From Rebecca billardiae RCC1528 (taxonomy: Eukaryota > Protista > Haptophyta), in contig OZ251228.1 of assembly GCA_965240325.2 (NCBI GenBank), forward strand, positions 1,426,001 through 1,490,000: DNA of 64,000 nt. Reading direction: 5' to 3'. Made by a program: the position numbers and the translations under genes. Numbering within the stretch: the first letter of the stretch is position 1; each line of letters begins with the position of its first letter. A model generated the notes under the pieces. That model was not told where the DNA came from, made no database searches, and saw only the letters and a list, made by a program, of their open reading frames with translations. Below are positions 51,128 through 64,000 of this stretch, one piece after another.

Positions 51128-52804
51128 ATGGCGAGCAAAGATGACGCGGTGATAGACGCGGACGCGCGGTCGCCCTTCCCGGACGACGGCGTGGGCGACT
51201 GCGACGCCACCACGGCGTTCATGTCCTTCTTCGTCCCGCTCGGGGTGTGCGCGTGCGGGTACATTGTGATCTCCTACTGGCTGGTGTACGAGCAGCAGGC
51301 GCTTCAGGGCGCGCCGCTGTCCAAGCTGCTGTCGAACCTGGTGTACGCCGGGATCGGCTGGTGGCTCGAGGCGCTGCTCTGCGTCACCGCCGTCCTCTCG
51401 TACGCCGTCTTCGTGTTCGACTCGTACGAGTACGGCACGCCGATGGCGGTGTTTGTGATCCACTGCGCGTGCAACTCGCTCATCGCGTGCGAGTACGTGT
51501 TCCAGCTGGTGGGCTCGTCGAACCGGCTGCTGTTCGCGTGCTCGGTGGCGACGCTCATCCACCTGCTCCCGCTCGTGCCGCTCGCGCTCGCGCTCGCCGA
51601 GCCGCGCTGCCGGATGAGCGGGCCAGAGTGGTACGAGCGCTCGCTCGCGTTCGTGCACATCATTCTGCTCACGCGCACCAAGGTGGTGTCGAAGAGCTTC
51701 GCGGTGTTCTTCGGCCGGCTGATGCTCAACTCGACCGGCCCGTCCGGCTCGAGCTCGCAGCTGTACATCGGGCGCATCATCTTCAACCTCGTCGTCGCGG
51801 TCGTCTTTCTCGCCGCGCTCAACCTCTACATCTCGCGCGTGCTCGAGTTCAACCGCGAGCTCGACTTCGTGGACGCGCTGTACTTCACGGTGGTGACGAT
51901 CTCGACGGTGGGGTACGGCGACATCTACCCGCGCGAGATGCCCGCGCGCATGCTCATCATGGTCTTCATCGTGCTCGTCGTGATGGTCTTCATCCCGCGG
52001 CTGATCTCGCAACTCAACGACCTCTTCGCCCTCTCCTCCAAGTACATGGGCGCATTCAACGCGCGGCGGGACTCGTGGCACGTGGTGGTGAGCTGCGACG
52101 CGGCGTGCGCGCACACGGCGCGCCAGTTCCTCGACGAGTTCTTCCACGAGGACCACCGCATCGACGGGCAGGTCGTGCTGCTCGTGCCGTCCGACCCAGG
52201 GACGAGCGACCAGGGCGGCGAGTGGACGTCGCTGCTGCTGCTGTACGGTCTGAACGAGCAGGTGGTGTACCTGAAGGGCGACTCGGTCTCGGCGCTCGAC
52301 CTCGAGCGCGCGCGGGTGGACACGGCGCGGATGGTCTTCCTCATCGCCGACTCGAACACGCACGACAACAACACGCAGGACGCCACGGTGATCTCTCGTG
52401 CTCAGACGGTCCGTTCATTCTTCCCTAAGACTCCGCTGCTCGTCCAGCTGATCGAGCCGGAGAACAAGGACTACCTGCTCGCGCTGGGGATGCCGAGCCG
52501 CTCGATCGTGTGCATCAACGAGCTGCGCATGAAGCTGCTCGCGATGGGCGTGTGCTGCGCCGGCGTGCCCACCCTCGTCTCCAATCTGATCACCTCGTCG
52601 GCGCCGCCCGAGCTGCCTGTCCCGGCTGAGCCGGAGGGGCAGACAGCCGAGCTCGGCTACATGTGGGGGCAGGCGAACGAGATCTACGAGCTGCACCTCA
52701 CGCCGCCGCTGTACGGCGTGACGTTCGGCGAGCTCTCGCTCGCGCTGCGCGAGAAGCTCGGCGCGTGCCTCTTCGCTGTCGGCCGGCCCGAGCGACGCCA
52801 CCAC

Positions 52805-52852
<48 letters not shown>

Positions 52853-55800
52853 GATAGCGTGCACAACAGCGAGCGGGCGCGCTCCGGGAGCTTGGGCGGC
52901 GCGGACCCGGTGCAGGCGATCTTCTCGAACCTGCAGATGAGCCTCGGCACGACCGGGCTCGGCGAGGACGAGGAGAAGCTCAACGTCGTGCTGCACCCGG
53001 GCGCCAAGTGCCGGCTGCGCCGCCACGATGTTTTATTCATCATCGCGCTCGAGCCGATCTCGCTAACCGAGCTGGCGAAGGTGGAGCTGCTGTTCGCGCC
53101 GACGGAGAGGCCGGCGCGTCGGCTGAGCCTGGGCGGGCAGTTCGCCTCGCCCGTGCGCATGGGGAACAGCCGGAGCAGCAGCTGGCGCGTCTGGGCCGCC
53201 GACTCCACCGTCGCGCCCGCGCCGGCCGACGGCGCGAACGGCGGCGGGCCGACGGCGGGCGCCGACGGTGCTGCGGCCGCCGCGCCGGACGGGCCGCACA
53301 TCGGCGCGGCCACGCTGAGATTACCCGCGGCGGATGAGGCCGCGAGCGCGACGGGCGCGAGCGGCCGCGGCGGCGCCGACGGCGGTGGCTCGCCGGCCGC
53401 GGCCGCGAGCAGGGTCGGCGGCGGCGAGGGCGGCGGCAGCCTAGCCGGGGCCTGCGGCGGCGGAGCCGCCGCCGACGGCAGCGGCTCCGCTGTGGTCCGG
53501 GTGACGGGCGACCCGATGGCGACGCACGCGCCGCCGCACGTGCGAACGGGCTCCGACGCCGAGCTGCGCAAGGCGCCGCCGCTGCGCGTGCTGGGCAGCC
53601 GCGAGCCCACGCCGCCGCCGCCCGGCTCGGAGGACGGCAGCGGCGCGGTGCGCGCGCGCACGTCGATGTCGATGGCGGAGTCGCCGCTGTCCTCGACGGC
53701 TGGCGCGCGCGTCGAGCGCAAGCGCTCGGCGCCGGCGAACACGGCGAGCGCGATGGCGAGCCGCGCGCTCTCGCCGGCCAGGCACCTCGCGCGCAAGTCG
53801 TCGGAGGGCTCGGTCCCCGCCGGCTGCCTGCACTCGCCGCCCTCGCACTCGGGCGGCGGCTCGTCCGTGCGGCGGCGCGGCGTGTTCACCGCTTCGCAGC
53901 TACGACAGCAAAAAATTGATCAAGCGCGGCAGCAGCACCAGCACGCGCGGATGAGCGAGCGGTGGAACGCGGAGTCGGGCGAGCGCTCGGGCTCGGACGA
54001 CGACGACGACGACGACGACGCCGAGGTCGCGGCGGCCAAGGCGAAGGCGGAGCGCGAGGCGATGGCGGCGGCGAGCCCGGTCGGCGCCAAGAAACACGCG
54101 TCGACCGACGGCCGATCTCGCTCGACGCTCGCGTTCGCTTCGCACCTGTCCCGCTCGACGACGGACTGGCAGTTCGGCGTGCCGATCGCGCCGAACCCGC
54201 GGCTCGCGGCGAGGAACAGCGCGCTGCCGCCCACGGCCATCGTGTCCAACGCCACCGGCCAGCTCACGCAGCTGCGGCAGGCGCTGAGCGGGGTGCGCGC
54301 CGCGCGCCGCGCCGCGCGGCGCGCACCCGGCTCCGAGCGCGCCGCGCCGAGTGCGCGCCTGCTCCGCGCGCGCCGCCGCTCCGCCGCGCGTGCCCACGCG
54401 CCCGCGCGCGCGGCTCCCGCGCGCGTCCTCCTCCCCCGTGCGCAGCACATCGTCGTGATCACGCAGAGCCTCGACGACATCTCGATCTTCGTGATGGGCA
54501 CGCGCGCCTCCCACCTGATGCACAGGCCCATCGTCATCATCTGCCCGATCGCTGCGATGGGTTCTCGCGAGAGCTTTATCGACTGGGCGGAGATCCAGCA
54601 GTTCAAGGGGGTGTTCCTGCTGCAGGGCCGCGCGGAGGCGCCGACGCTCGACGACCTGACCAACGCGCGTGCGCGCAGGGCCGAGTGCATCGTCGTCGTC
54701 TCCTCCAAGTCCGCGCGCCACTCCTCCAAGACCTCGGACCAGCTCGACCTCGAGAACATGATCACCACGCTCTCTGTGCGCGCGCACGTGGGCGCGCGCA
54801 CGCGCGTCGTCGTGCAGCTGCAGAACGGGAACTACGTGCACAACTTTGGGTTCGCGGGCACGCCGGCGAACGAGCGCGCGCCGCCGCCGCCCGGCCTCAG
54901 CCACGCCAGCGGCTCCGGCTTCGCGAGCCGCGGCGGCTCGGCGGCCATGCTGGCCGAGCAGTACGACAGGCAGCCGTCGTCTGTGTCGGCTGCTCTGCTG
55001 GCCTCGGCGTGTGGCTCTATGGGCAACCTCGCCTCGGCCGCGGTGGGCTCGCTCGCGGGCAGCCCGGGCCGCACCGCGAGCGGCCGGCCGCCCAAGCGCG
55101 CCGCGTCCGTGCAGCGCAGGCGCTCGTTCAAGATCGCGCCCTCCGTCTCCGCCGCGGCGCAGCGCGCGCTGCACGGCCGCGGAGGCATCGAGCTCGGCTC
55201 GCGCGTGCGCGCGTTGATCGGGCTGCCTGACCGGCAGGAGGCGGAGGCCGGCGGCCGGCTCGCGAAGCTGGACTACCGCATGACGCCCTACTTCATGTCG
55301 GGCATGCTGGTCGTCACCTCGATGATCAGCAAGCTGCTCTGCCAGGTGCGTGCGCGCGGCAGCTGCGAGGCGCCGGGGTGCGTGCGCGAGCGTGTGTGTG
55401 TGTGTGTGGTGTGTGTGTGTATGAGCGTGCATGTGTGTGTGCGTGAGCGCGCGTGCGTGTGCGCGTGTCCCCGCGTGCGTGGCGCCGCGCGGCGCCGCTC
55501 TGCGCCACACGGCCCGCGCGCCCACCTGCTCACACGCGCACACCGCCTCAGCACACGCCGCCTCCGCGCGCCGCCCTCTCATCACTCCCCGCCCGGCGCG
55601 CGCGCCCGCGTGCGCTCACGCACGCACACGCGCACGCGCACGCACACGCAGGCTTTCTTCAACGAGGCGACGGTGCCGGTGGTGAACGCGCTGCTGGCCG
55701 ACGACACGGACTCGTCTCCGCTCGTCAAGATCGCCGTGCCGCGCTCGTTCAGGTGGGCGCGCCGCGCGGCCGGCGCGCGCGCGCGCGCGCTGTCGCGCAC

Positions 55801-57330
55801 TGCCGGGCGCACCGCGGCGCTAACAGACGCGGATGCGCGCGTGCCGCGCGCACTGTGTCTCACTGTGTGCCCTCCGCCGCTCGGGGTGCGCCCCGCGCTC
55901 GGCGACGCGCGCCCCGCCGTGCCCACGCGCGCAGGGAGCGCGTGCGCGCGCGCGAGCTCAGCGGCACGTACGGCGAGCTGTACCAGTACCTGCTCGAGGC
56001 CCACGACGTTCTCCCATTGGGCCTCTACCGCCGAGATACGGGCGTGATCGCGGGAGATTTCGATCTCGGCGCGGAGGAGGCGAGGGACGCGGGCGCGCAC
56101 GAGGCGGAGCGCGCGGCGGAGCGCTCGGGCTCGAGCGCGCAGCGCGCGCGCGTCTCCGCGCCGCCCACGCCGGCCGAGGGCACGCCGACGCGCGGCGCCG
56201 CCGAGGGCGCGGGCGCGGGCGCGGGCGGCAGCGCGCACGTGTCACCTGCAGCCGCGACGAGCGCGCGCGCCGCCGGGCCCCTCGGCGCGCCGCCAGCAAG
56301 CCCGCGCGCGCGCGGCGGCGGCATGGACTCTGACGACGAGCGGAAGTCGCCGATGCCGCAGGCGGCGCGCGTGGACGCCGATCGGGACACCGGGCGCGAC
56401 ACCCCGGAGCGCAGCAGCCACCCCGCGTCCCGCGCCTCCTCCCTCACCGCCTCGAGCCGAGCGAGCCCGCGGCCGCCGCGCGGAGCCGGCGCGGGCAGCA
56501 AGCCGCCGGCGCCGCCGGCGCGCGCGGGCAGCTCGCGCCGCGTGAGCAGCGGCTCCGTCAACCTCAACCCGCCGCGCCGGGGCTCGCGCACCGTCGACGC
56601 CAAGGCGGCGGCGAGCGCCGCCGCCGCGTCCACACCCGACCCGACCGAGTCCCCCGACAAGCTGCGCCGCGAGCGCGTGCTCGACCCGTGGCGCAAGGTG
56701 CGCTCGCACTTTTGGAAGGGCACTTTCCGCACCGGCTTTGCCCAGTTTGGCGACGACGGTGAGCTGAGCCCGGGCGCGACGCCGCGGCGCGCGGACGGCG
56801 CCGAGTCGGCCTTCTTCCCGGCGACCGAGATGGCGGTCCTCTCCAACCCGCCGTCGGACTGGCTCGTCCGGCCGAATGACGAAATCTTTGTGCTGCTCCG
56901 AAACTCGGACGCGCTGTACAACCCGTCGGCGCGCTCGGTCGCGTCGATGCGCGGGAGCGGCGCGGAGGGCGGGGTCGCGCCCGGCCTCGCGCCGGATGTG
57001 GTCGTGCTCGGGCAGCGCGCGACGCACAAGCTGCCCAACGTCTCGGCCTTCCTGCGAGAGCGGGACACGATGCCGCGGCTCGGCGTGGACGAGGGCTTCA
57101 TCGACGCCAACACGGCGATGCTCACGAGATTGCGCGAGATCGAGCAGTCGATCACCGAAAAAGTGGACAGGCTGGTCTCAGTGCACACGCGCGGCGAGGC
57201 GCGGCTCGCCGCGATGGAGGAGGACATCGCCACGGTCAAGCGCAGCCTGCACACGCTCGCCGGCGGCGCGGGCGAGGCGGCGCGCGGCAGCGGCGCTGAG
57301 AGCGTGACGCTGGGCAAGCCCGACCTGTGA
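51128..57330 (+). CDS. BK/Slo-like Ca2+-activated K+ channel with RCK domains; introns 54293-54445, 55346-55651, 55753-55961
   Basis: Selectivity filter TISTVGYGDIYP, FLDEFFH, YLKGD...DLERA, VCINELRMKLLA...GVPTLVSNL, NEIY, second RCK (HIVV, PIVII), QAFFN, TYGELY...PLGLYR and VLSNPP. Confidence 0.92.
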
Positions 57331-57386
57331 TGCGAGCAGCCTGAAATTGAGAGAGTAAAAAATAACACGCCTTGGCGACGTCGCGA

Positions 57387-58604
57387 TGGTGCCCGCCGAC
57401 GCGGCCCCCGCCCCGCTCGCTGGCCCCGGGTGCGAAGCACACGGGGCTGGTGGGGCGGGGGCCGCATGCCTGTGGTGCTCCCCCATGCTCATCTTCGGCA
57501 ATCTCCTGCGCGCTCGTCGGCCTCGCGGCACTCCTGCTTGGCTGCGACATGACTACGACTAGTTCTACGACCTCTACGACCACTTCTTCCTCCCTTCGTG
57601 CGCACGCGCTGGCCCTCGCAGAGCCAGTCGGACGCGGCGTGGGTGGCGGCACGAGCGCGGCCAGCGCGCTCGGCCTGCCTGCCTGCGAGCCTCCATGGAT
57701 GCGTGCGCGTGGGGCCGGGTTCTGCCACCGTTCATTGCCAACAGCAACTGGGCACGGACCTGCGACGAGGCATGCCGCCTTTCCCCACGCGCCCTTCAGG
57801 TTGTCCCGGCTCAGCCGGTCGCTTCGGCGGCCGACGGGCCCTCGGCCGGCTCCCCCTTCCCGGGGACTCGGTGGGGCACCGCCAGGAGTGTCTCGCGGCG
57901 GGCGGGCCGAGCGCGCGGGTCGCCAGCTGACCCCGCGACGTTCGATTCGACTGCTCTGCGCTGGCACGTGCACGCGGAGATCAACCACACGCAGCGGGTC
58001 CGGGATAGGCACTGGCACCCTCTTTCTCCAGCCGGCCGCCGGCTGCATCGCCTCGGGGGGCGATGCAGCAGGTGGACGCCGCTGCACCCATCTGGCCCTT
58101 GGCGCTGGCCTCCTCCGTGCCCTTCGCTCCACCCTAGGTGGGGCAGGGGGTGCGGGGTGTGACGCGCCCAGGGGCCAGGTTCCCCAGCATCAAGCACTGC
58201 ATCTGCAGCAGCCCGCCGGCGGGCTGGGCTGCGACATCGACTACCACCTCATCTGCTTCATCGCCCAGAGCGCGCTAGGCGGCGCGCTCACTCTCCAAGC
58301 CCCTCTTCTGCAGCTGCGCGCCGCTTGGCCGGCGCGCGGCGACGCGTACTACGACCTCATCCTCATCCAGGCGCCCACGCGGGCGCACGGGGGCGACAGC
58401 CGCGGCTGCCGCTTGCCGGAGCTGCTCGCCGCTAGGTCGGCGGGCGGCGACATCGACTACGACCTCACCCTCATCCAAGTGCTCCGGAAGGCGCTCGGCC
58501 GCGGCGGCATCTGCCGTCGCCGCCGCGTGCCCCAGGCCGAGGCGGTGCTCCATCCCGGCCCCGCTCCCGTAGGGGGGCAGGGCTGCGGGTGGCGCACTGT
58601 CTGA
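57387..58604 (+). other. Possible hypothetical ORF or decayed element with a thrice-repeated GD(I/A)(D/Y)Y(D/H)L-x-(L/C)(I/F) motif
   Basis: Open frame of ~400 aa. The nucleotide repeat (G)CGACATCGACTACSACCTCAYC occurs near 58231 and 58446, with a more divergent copy near 58338. Confidence 0.3.
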
Positions 58605-58614
58605 CCTGGACGGA

Positions 58615-58716
58615 AGGCGCGGACGCATTCTATGTGTCTGTTGCACTCTGAGCCTGACGCTTGTCCGATGCTGCCACGTCGTTAAATAAAAAGGTGCTCT
58701 GCTGAAGGGCGGAGCA
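58615..58716. repeat. Dispersed repeat family, copy 3
   Basis: AGGCGCGGACGCATTCTATGTGTCTGTTGCACTCTGAGCCTGACGCTTG...CCACGTCGTTA matches the reverse complement of 37483-37556. Confidence 0.8.
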
Positions 58717-58780
58717 AAGTATTATTATTATAATAGCAAACGCGCGCGCGCTCGTCACGTGTTCGCCATCGTCATTAGCC

Positions 58781-61282
58781 ATGAGCGCGGCCGTCGGGCT
58801 CGCCGCGCACGTGCTCGCGACGGCGGCGGAGTGGCGAGCGGCGCCGGCGCGGAGCATGCGCACGAGCGTCGGCCTAACCGCCGCGCTCCTCGCGTTCCTG
58901 CTCCTCGCCGTCCTCGTCAGCGGCCTCTCGCCCTCGTACCCGCTGCTCGCGCTCGTGCTCGCACATCACGCGCTGTTTGCTCTGCGCAAGCTGCCGCTGC
59001 CGTTCGGCGCGGACGCGATACACGTGTCCCAGCTGGTGCGTGCATGCACTCGCGTGTAGCCCGGCCTCGCGCCGAGACCGCTCGTGCCCGCGTGCGGCGC
59101 TCTGCGCACATGGCCGCCCGCGCGCTCACTCAACCCAATCACCAATCGCTCCTGCGCATTGCACGCCGGCGCGCGCGCGCGCGCGCGCGTGCAGATGGTG
59201 TGCGCGTTGGTGCTCCACGAGCTTGCGCTCGACATGATCAGCCTACAGGACGACACGTCCGCCGAGCTGCCCGTCGTCCTCGCGCGCCACGGCGCCGCGC
59301 AGCACTCGCAGCTGATCCGCTCGCTCGACCTTGAGAGCTCTGCAGTGCGCGTCTTTGCCCTCGCCGCACTGGCGAGGGAGGGCGCGGGCGCCGGCGAGCT
59401 CGGGCGGGACACGCGGCTGGCCGGGCTGGCGTGGGCCGAGCTCACGGCCAGCTGGCGCGAGCGCGAGCCACTCCCGTTCCGAGGGCACCGCCTCGGCCTG
59501 ATCACGGCGATGGATGGCGACGCAGCGCGTGGCGGCCCGGTGGCAGAAGCCGGGAGCGAGGGCGGCGGCGGCGGCGGCAGCGTGTCCGGGCACGCGTCGG
59601 TGCTCTCACCGCTCACGGACGTGCGCTCGATCGTGGACGACGCGCTCTCCGCGCACGCGGGCAGCCGCCGCCTCACCGCGCTCATGCAGCTCGGCGCGGG
59701 CGAGGAGGGGGGCTCGGCAGACGGGGGTGGCGCCGACAGCGCGGCGGGCGGCGCAGACTGGGAGACTGCGGCGGCGGCGGAGGCGCTCGCCAGCTGGCTC
59801 GGCGTGGCCGACGCGCGCGCGCTGCCGCGGATCTGGATGGACGAGCTCGAGCGCGCGCTGCCCGCGCGTCGCGAGTCTGCCATCGCTCTCCGCTCCCTCG
59901 CCAAGCTGGTCGCCTCGGGGCAGCACCCGGCCGCGCACCTCGCGGGAGATACGGATCTCCCCGCGCACCTCCGCACGCTCTCAGCACTGGTCAACCGCTC
60001 GATGGCGGGGTGGACGTTCCCGGAGGAGGTGCGCGCGCGCGTGCGGCGGCTCCAGGCCAGCTGGGGGCGCTGCGCCACCCCACGCCAGAGCCCCGGCCGT
60101 GCCAGTCACACGCTGCCAGCCAGCCTCACCACAGCGCCGCGCCCCGCGCCTGCCGCGTCCCGCGCCACGCGCCACGCGCGCGCCGCGCCCTCGTGCTGTC
60201 GACTCGCGCCGCGCCGGCGGCGCGGGCGCAGGAGTCGGACGAGGCAGTGCTGGACGAGCTCCTCCCGCTCGTGCTCGCAGCCACGCCGAGTGGCGCCTCT
60301 GCCGGCGACGCAGCTGGCGCCGGCGAGCCCGCCTCCGTCGCCGCCGCCGACGCCGCCGACGAGGACGAGGCAAAGGACCGCTCGGCCGGCGCGGCCGCTT
60401 CGCACGGCGGCGGCGGCGCAGCGCGCGCCGGCGGTGCCGTCGTGCACTCAGAGTCGGGGCGCCCGCTGAGCGCCGCGACGGAGGAGGCGCTGCTCTCGGC
60501 GATCGAGGCGCTGCGGCTCGAGCGCGACGACTCACACGACAGCGAGATCGTCACCGCGCTCGCCGACCTGCACGATGCGCTTGAGATAGCAGGCCGCGCC
60601 TACGCCGAGCCCGAGCGCGCGCTCGCGGACGCGGCGGCGGCGCCGGACGGCGGCGACGGCGGCGCGGGCGAAGGCGGCGGTGGGGCTGAGCTCGGAGGCG
60701 GCGGTGCGCAGGGCGAGGGCGTCGCGCCCTCGGACCCCTTCTCGGACAGCCCCGCGCGGCTCGCCGCCGTCTCGGGCGCGTGCCTCGAGTCCCACGCGCT
60801 CGGCTTTTTGCGCCTTTTTGAATTGCAGTCGGACGTCGATGACGCGTCGGTGGTTGGAGAGCTGCTCAGCATGCTGGATATTCCGCCGCAGCAGGTGCTG
60901 CACCCCGCGCTGGTGGGCAGGCTGATGCTCGCCGTGCGCCTGCACCGCGTCGCGGTGGCGCACGCGCTCCACGCCGAGGAGGCCGTCGGCCGCGTGCAGC
61001 GGCTGCTGCTGCCGCGCGCCGGCGCGGCGCCGGGCGCGGCCGACGGCGCCGCGCGCTCCCGACAGCCTGCGGGCGCGGCGCGTGCCGCAGGGCTTCAGCG
61101 CTACGCCGCGCGCATGCTCAGGCTCGCCGCGGACCAGCTGCCCGCCGGCGCGAGCGCCGTGGGCGTCGCGCGCGAGCTGCTCGCCGTCGCCGGCTTCGCC
61201 CCGAGGCGCGCCGAGCCCGCCGCCGACGACGAGCTCGGCGCCGCGCTCGTGCGCGCCGTGGAGGCCGAGCTTCCAAAAGCGC

Positions 61283-61333
<51 letters not shown>

Positions 61334-62355
61334 GCGGGCCGCGCTGGCCGGCTCGGCTCTCGCTCGCGCCGTTCGGCTCGCTCGCGCCGCTGCGCGCGAG
61401 CGCGCTCCTCCGCGCGTGCGCGCGCGGCGCGGCCGCGGACGACTCGCCGCCGCCGCCCTACGGCGGCGCGGAGCGCGTGGCGCGGTGCGATGCTTCGGAG
61501 TTTGGTCTGAGCCTCGCCGCGGGCCTCGGCGCGCTCGGCGTGCGCTCGCGCGTGCGCGCGTCGTGCGAGCGCGCCGCAGAGGATGGACAGTCGGTGAGCG
61601 CGCCGTGCCACGTGCACGTCGAGCTCGCCCTCGAGGACGCGCCGCCCGACGACGACGCCGCCGCCTCCGCCGCGCCGCACGCCGCACCCCGCCGCGTGCT
61701 CGTGCCGGGCGCGCTGCTCGGCGGCGAGCGCGGCACAAGCGAGCGACGGTCTGGCGCGGCTGCGGAGCCTGCGCTGCTGCTGCTGCGCGCGCGCGCGGAC
61801 GCGGACGGCGGCGGCGGGCGCGCGGGCACGGTGTGGCTGCCTCTGGCGTGGGGCGCGCGCGGTGTGCAGCGCGTGCGCCTCGCAGACGGCACGCTCGCTG
61901 CCGTCCCGCACGCGGCGGGCTTCGGGCGGCGCGGCGGCGCGGCGGCTGCGGACGCGGGCCGTGCAGAGGTTGTCATGAACTGGCCACCGGCCATTTTGGC
62001 GCGCGTGGGCGGCGAGCGGCCGGGCGGGGCGCCGGCGCGCACGTCGGCGGCGGGGCACACGCCGCTCTGGGCAATCGCCGCGGACGCGCGCGATGAGGCC
62101 AGCGCGGCCGCGGCCGCGGCCTCGACGCACGCGCGCGCGCCCGCCGACCGCGCTCCGCACAGCATGCAGGAGACTGCCATGCTGCTGCGCTGCCCGCCGG
62201 GCGCGTACCTCGACGATGCGCGCGCCGGCAGCGACGGCGGGCGCGACGCGGACGACACGGTGGGCTCGCGCATCTGCAGCGTCGAGCAGGACGACGGAGC
62301 TGAGACGCTGGCTGGTGATGAGCTGCATGATGCGGGTGACGTCGGGGCCGCGTGA
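58781..62355 (+). CDS. Large Ala-rich hypothetical protein; exons 58781-59035, 59195-60028, 60232-62355
   Basis: Three ORFs join in frame through GT..AG CG-rich introns. Hydrophobic N-terminal segment and helical-repeat-like body. Confidence 0.6.
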
Positions 62356-62523
62356 GAAGGGACCCACGCAAGGATCGCCACGTGACTCGTGATGCGCTCC
62401 GAGCGCGCTGTCTGTCGTCGTTCGCCTTCTTCGTCGCCAAAAATATATGCCTAAAATAAATCAAAAGGGAAATGCAGCTGCAGCTTCCTCGATCTCTCGA
62501 CCCACGAGCTCTGCACGCACAGG

Positions 62524-63927
62524 ATGGCGTACTTTCCCGCCGCGCGGCCCGGCGCCTCCGCACCGCCCATCGTTCGTCTGAGTGCGGCGGGGGACGTCGA
62601 GCAGCTGGGAGAACTGCTGCGCCAAGGCGCCGTCGCAGACCTGGATGAGCCGCACGAGTTCGGATCGCCCCTGTGCTGGGCTGCTCAACGAGGCCACACG
62701 GAGGCGTGCAGGCTGCTCCTGCGGCACGGCGCGGACCCCAAGTACGTCAACGATGCGGGCATGGGGCCGTTGACCTACGCCGTGCTCGGGGAGGGCACGT
62801 CCCACAGCGACGTCGTGTCCCTCCTCCTGGAGCACGGAGTGCGTGACGCGCCCGGTGACGATGGCATGACCTGCCTGATGGCGGCCGCAGGCATGGGGGA
62901 GCTGGGGGTGGTGCGCATGCTGTGGGAGGGCGGCGATGCGAACCCAAGCGCCACCTGTGACGGGCTGACAGCTCGAGACCTGGCGCGGCACAATGGCCAC
63001 TCGGAGGTGGCCTCGTTCTTGCGCGACGCTGCAGCGGAGCTCGCAGCCGCCCTCCAGCCCCAGGGGCGCGTGCGCGTGGTCGGCCTCGCGCAGCGCAGCG
63101 ATCTGAACGGCCAGACTGGGACGGTGATCTCGACGGCGCCGCCGGGCGGGAGGGTGGCTGTTCGGCTGGAAGGCGGCGAGCAGGTGCGCATCAAGCCCGA
63201 GGCACTTCGCCCGGCGCGGGCGTCCCGTGCCGCGCCGGCTGAGGCCGCCCCTGCTCCCGCGCCCGGAGAGGCGAGGAACAAGTACAGCGTGTGCTGGCTC
63301 AAGCCGGCGCCCAACGGCGAGACCTACCTGCCGACGCTCTTGTCCGCGGTGGGCTCGCAAGCCGTCTTCAAGAAGGCGTCGGAGAGCAAGCTACGCGAGT
63401 TCGTCGATGGGAACGGCATGAGCCAGCGCAAGTGCTTGATTCCCCAGCTCGTGGGCGAGCCCCTCGTGCTGTGGTTGAAGGTGCAACCGCCGCCATTCAA
63501 CGGGCTGGCGACCGCGCTCGCGAGCTACTGGACCGCCGACGGCCCGAAGGGGGTGTGCGGCACGGCACTGCTGGTGCGCAGCACCCGCAGCGACGGCATG
63601 CCCACAGCGGACGTCTTCGGGCAGGACTCGCTCGCACAGCTCGAGCGCATGCTCTTCTTCATCAACGACGCGACGCTGCCGCACTCCTGCATCAGCCTTC
63701 GCGATCGGAGCGTGCGCGACCAGCTTGTGAAGCTGTGGCCAGCGTACGGGGCCGAATGCGACACGCTCGTGGGTGGCGGCCCGGGCGGCCTGGTGAGGAT
63801 CGACAAGTACGTGGGTGGCAACACGTACGACTGTGTCTGTGCCGACGATGTGGCCGAGTATCTTGCCGATCCAACCAAGTGGGTGGCTTCAAGACGCCCT
63901 GCTGATGCCGAGGACTCCGATGATTGA
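62524..63927 (+). CDS. Ankyrin repeats + small 'GL-x-x-R-x-DLNG' SH3-like module + unknown C-terminal domain
   Basis: GSPLCWAAQRGH, GPLTYA, TCLMAAA and TARDLA ANK motifs; VRVVGLAQRSDLNGQTGTV...RVAVRL...VRIKPEAL. Confidence 0.85.
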   Translation: MAYFPAARPGASAPPIVRLSAAGDVEQLGELLRQGAVADLDEPHEFGSPLCWAAQRGHTEACRLLLRHGADPKYVNDAGMGPLTYAVLGEGTSHSDVVSLLLEHGVRDAPGDDGMTCLMAAAGMGELGVVRMLWEGGDANPSATCDGLTARDLARHNGHSEVASFLRDAAAELAAALQPQGRVRVVGLAQRSDLNGQTGTVISTAPPGGRVAVRLEGGEQVRIKPEALRPARASRAAPAEAAPAPAPGEARNKYSVCWLKPAPNGETYLPTLLSAVGSQAVFKKASESKLREFVDGNGMSQRKCLIPQLVGEPLVLWLKVQPPPFNGLATALASYWTADGPKGVCGTALLVRSTRSDGMPTADVFGQDSLAQLERMLFFINDATLPHSCISLRDRSVRDQLVKLWPAYGAECDTLVGGGPGGLVRIDKYVGGNTYDCVCADDVAEYLADPTKWVASRRPADAEDSDD

Positions 63928-64000
63928 TTGATGACCGCTGGCGCTGAGACTGCTGCGCAGACTGGTCGGTCCGGCGGCGGCTGAGAATGAGATTCTTCGA

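Noticed and set aside
52808-52850. (GGC)n tract; also (GCGGGC)n at 61285-61332 and (GT)n at 55392-55450
   Set aside because: Ordinary coding poly-Gly or Gly-Ala and intronic microsatellites.

Overview
GC-rich eukaryotic nuclear DNA with short CG-rich GT-AG introns. A flagellated haptophyte (Pavlovales/Diacronema-like) origin is inferred from composition and gene content. Host genes: two ankyrin proteins, a putative GT-like secreted protein, a WD40-TRP channel fusion, BBS7, COX19, UNC119, mitoribosomal mS33, an inositol/sugar MFS transporter, a tandem cNMP-binding protein, ABCF, ADE2 (PurK-PurE), a Tim17/22-family protein, a BK/Slo-type K+ channel and several hypotheticals. The most interesting part is 27.1-42.4 kb, a nest of split-direct-repeat retroelements. 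(i) A DIRS/Ngaro/PAT-type gag-like + RT-RNase H element has a B1-A2-B2 3' end, AUGA-coupled ORFs, a 2A-like NPGP motif and no recombinase ORF; a minisatellite lies where that ORF would be expected. (ii) A non-coding miniature family with the same architecture but otherwise dissimilar sequence is present as a 4x874-bp head-to-tail concatemer and as a rearranged copy. The two families share only a ~31-nt terminus containing a covarying GNA-triloop hairpin, an AC|GT junction and a (G/A)TCCCGTT motif pair. All intact ends abut AT|AT or (TA)n with no target duplication. Three non-autonomous TIR DNA elements are also present, including a P/Galileo-like foldback (398-bp TIRs, 7-bp TSD) between two divergent genes.
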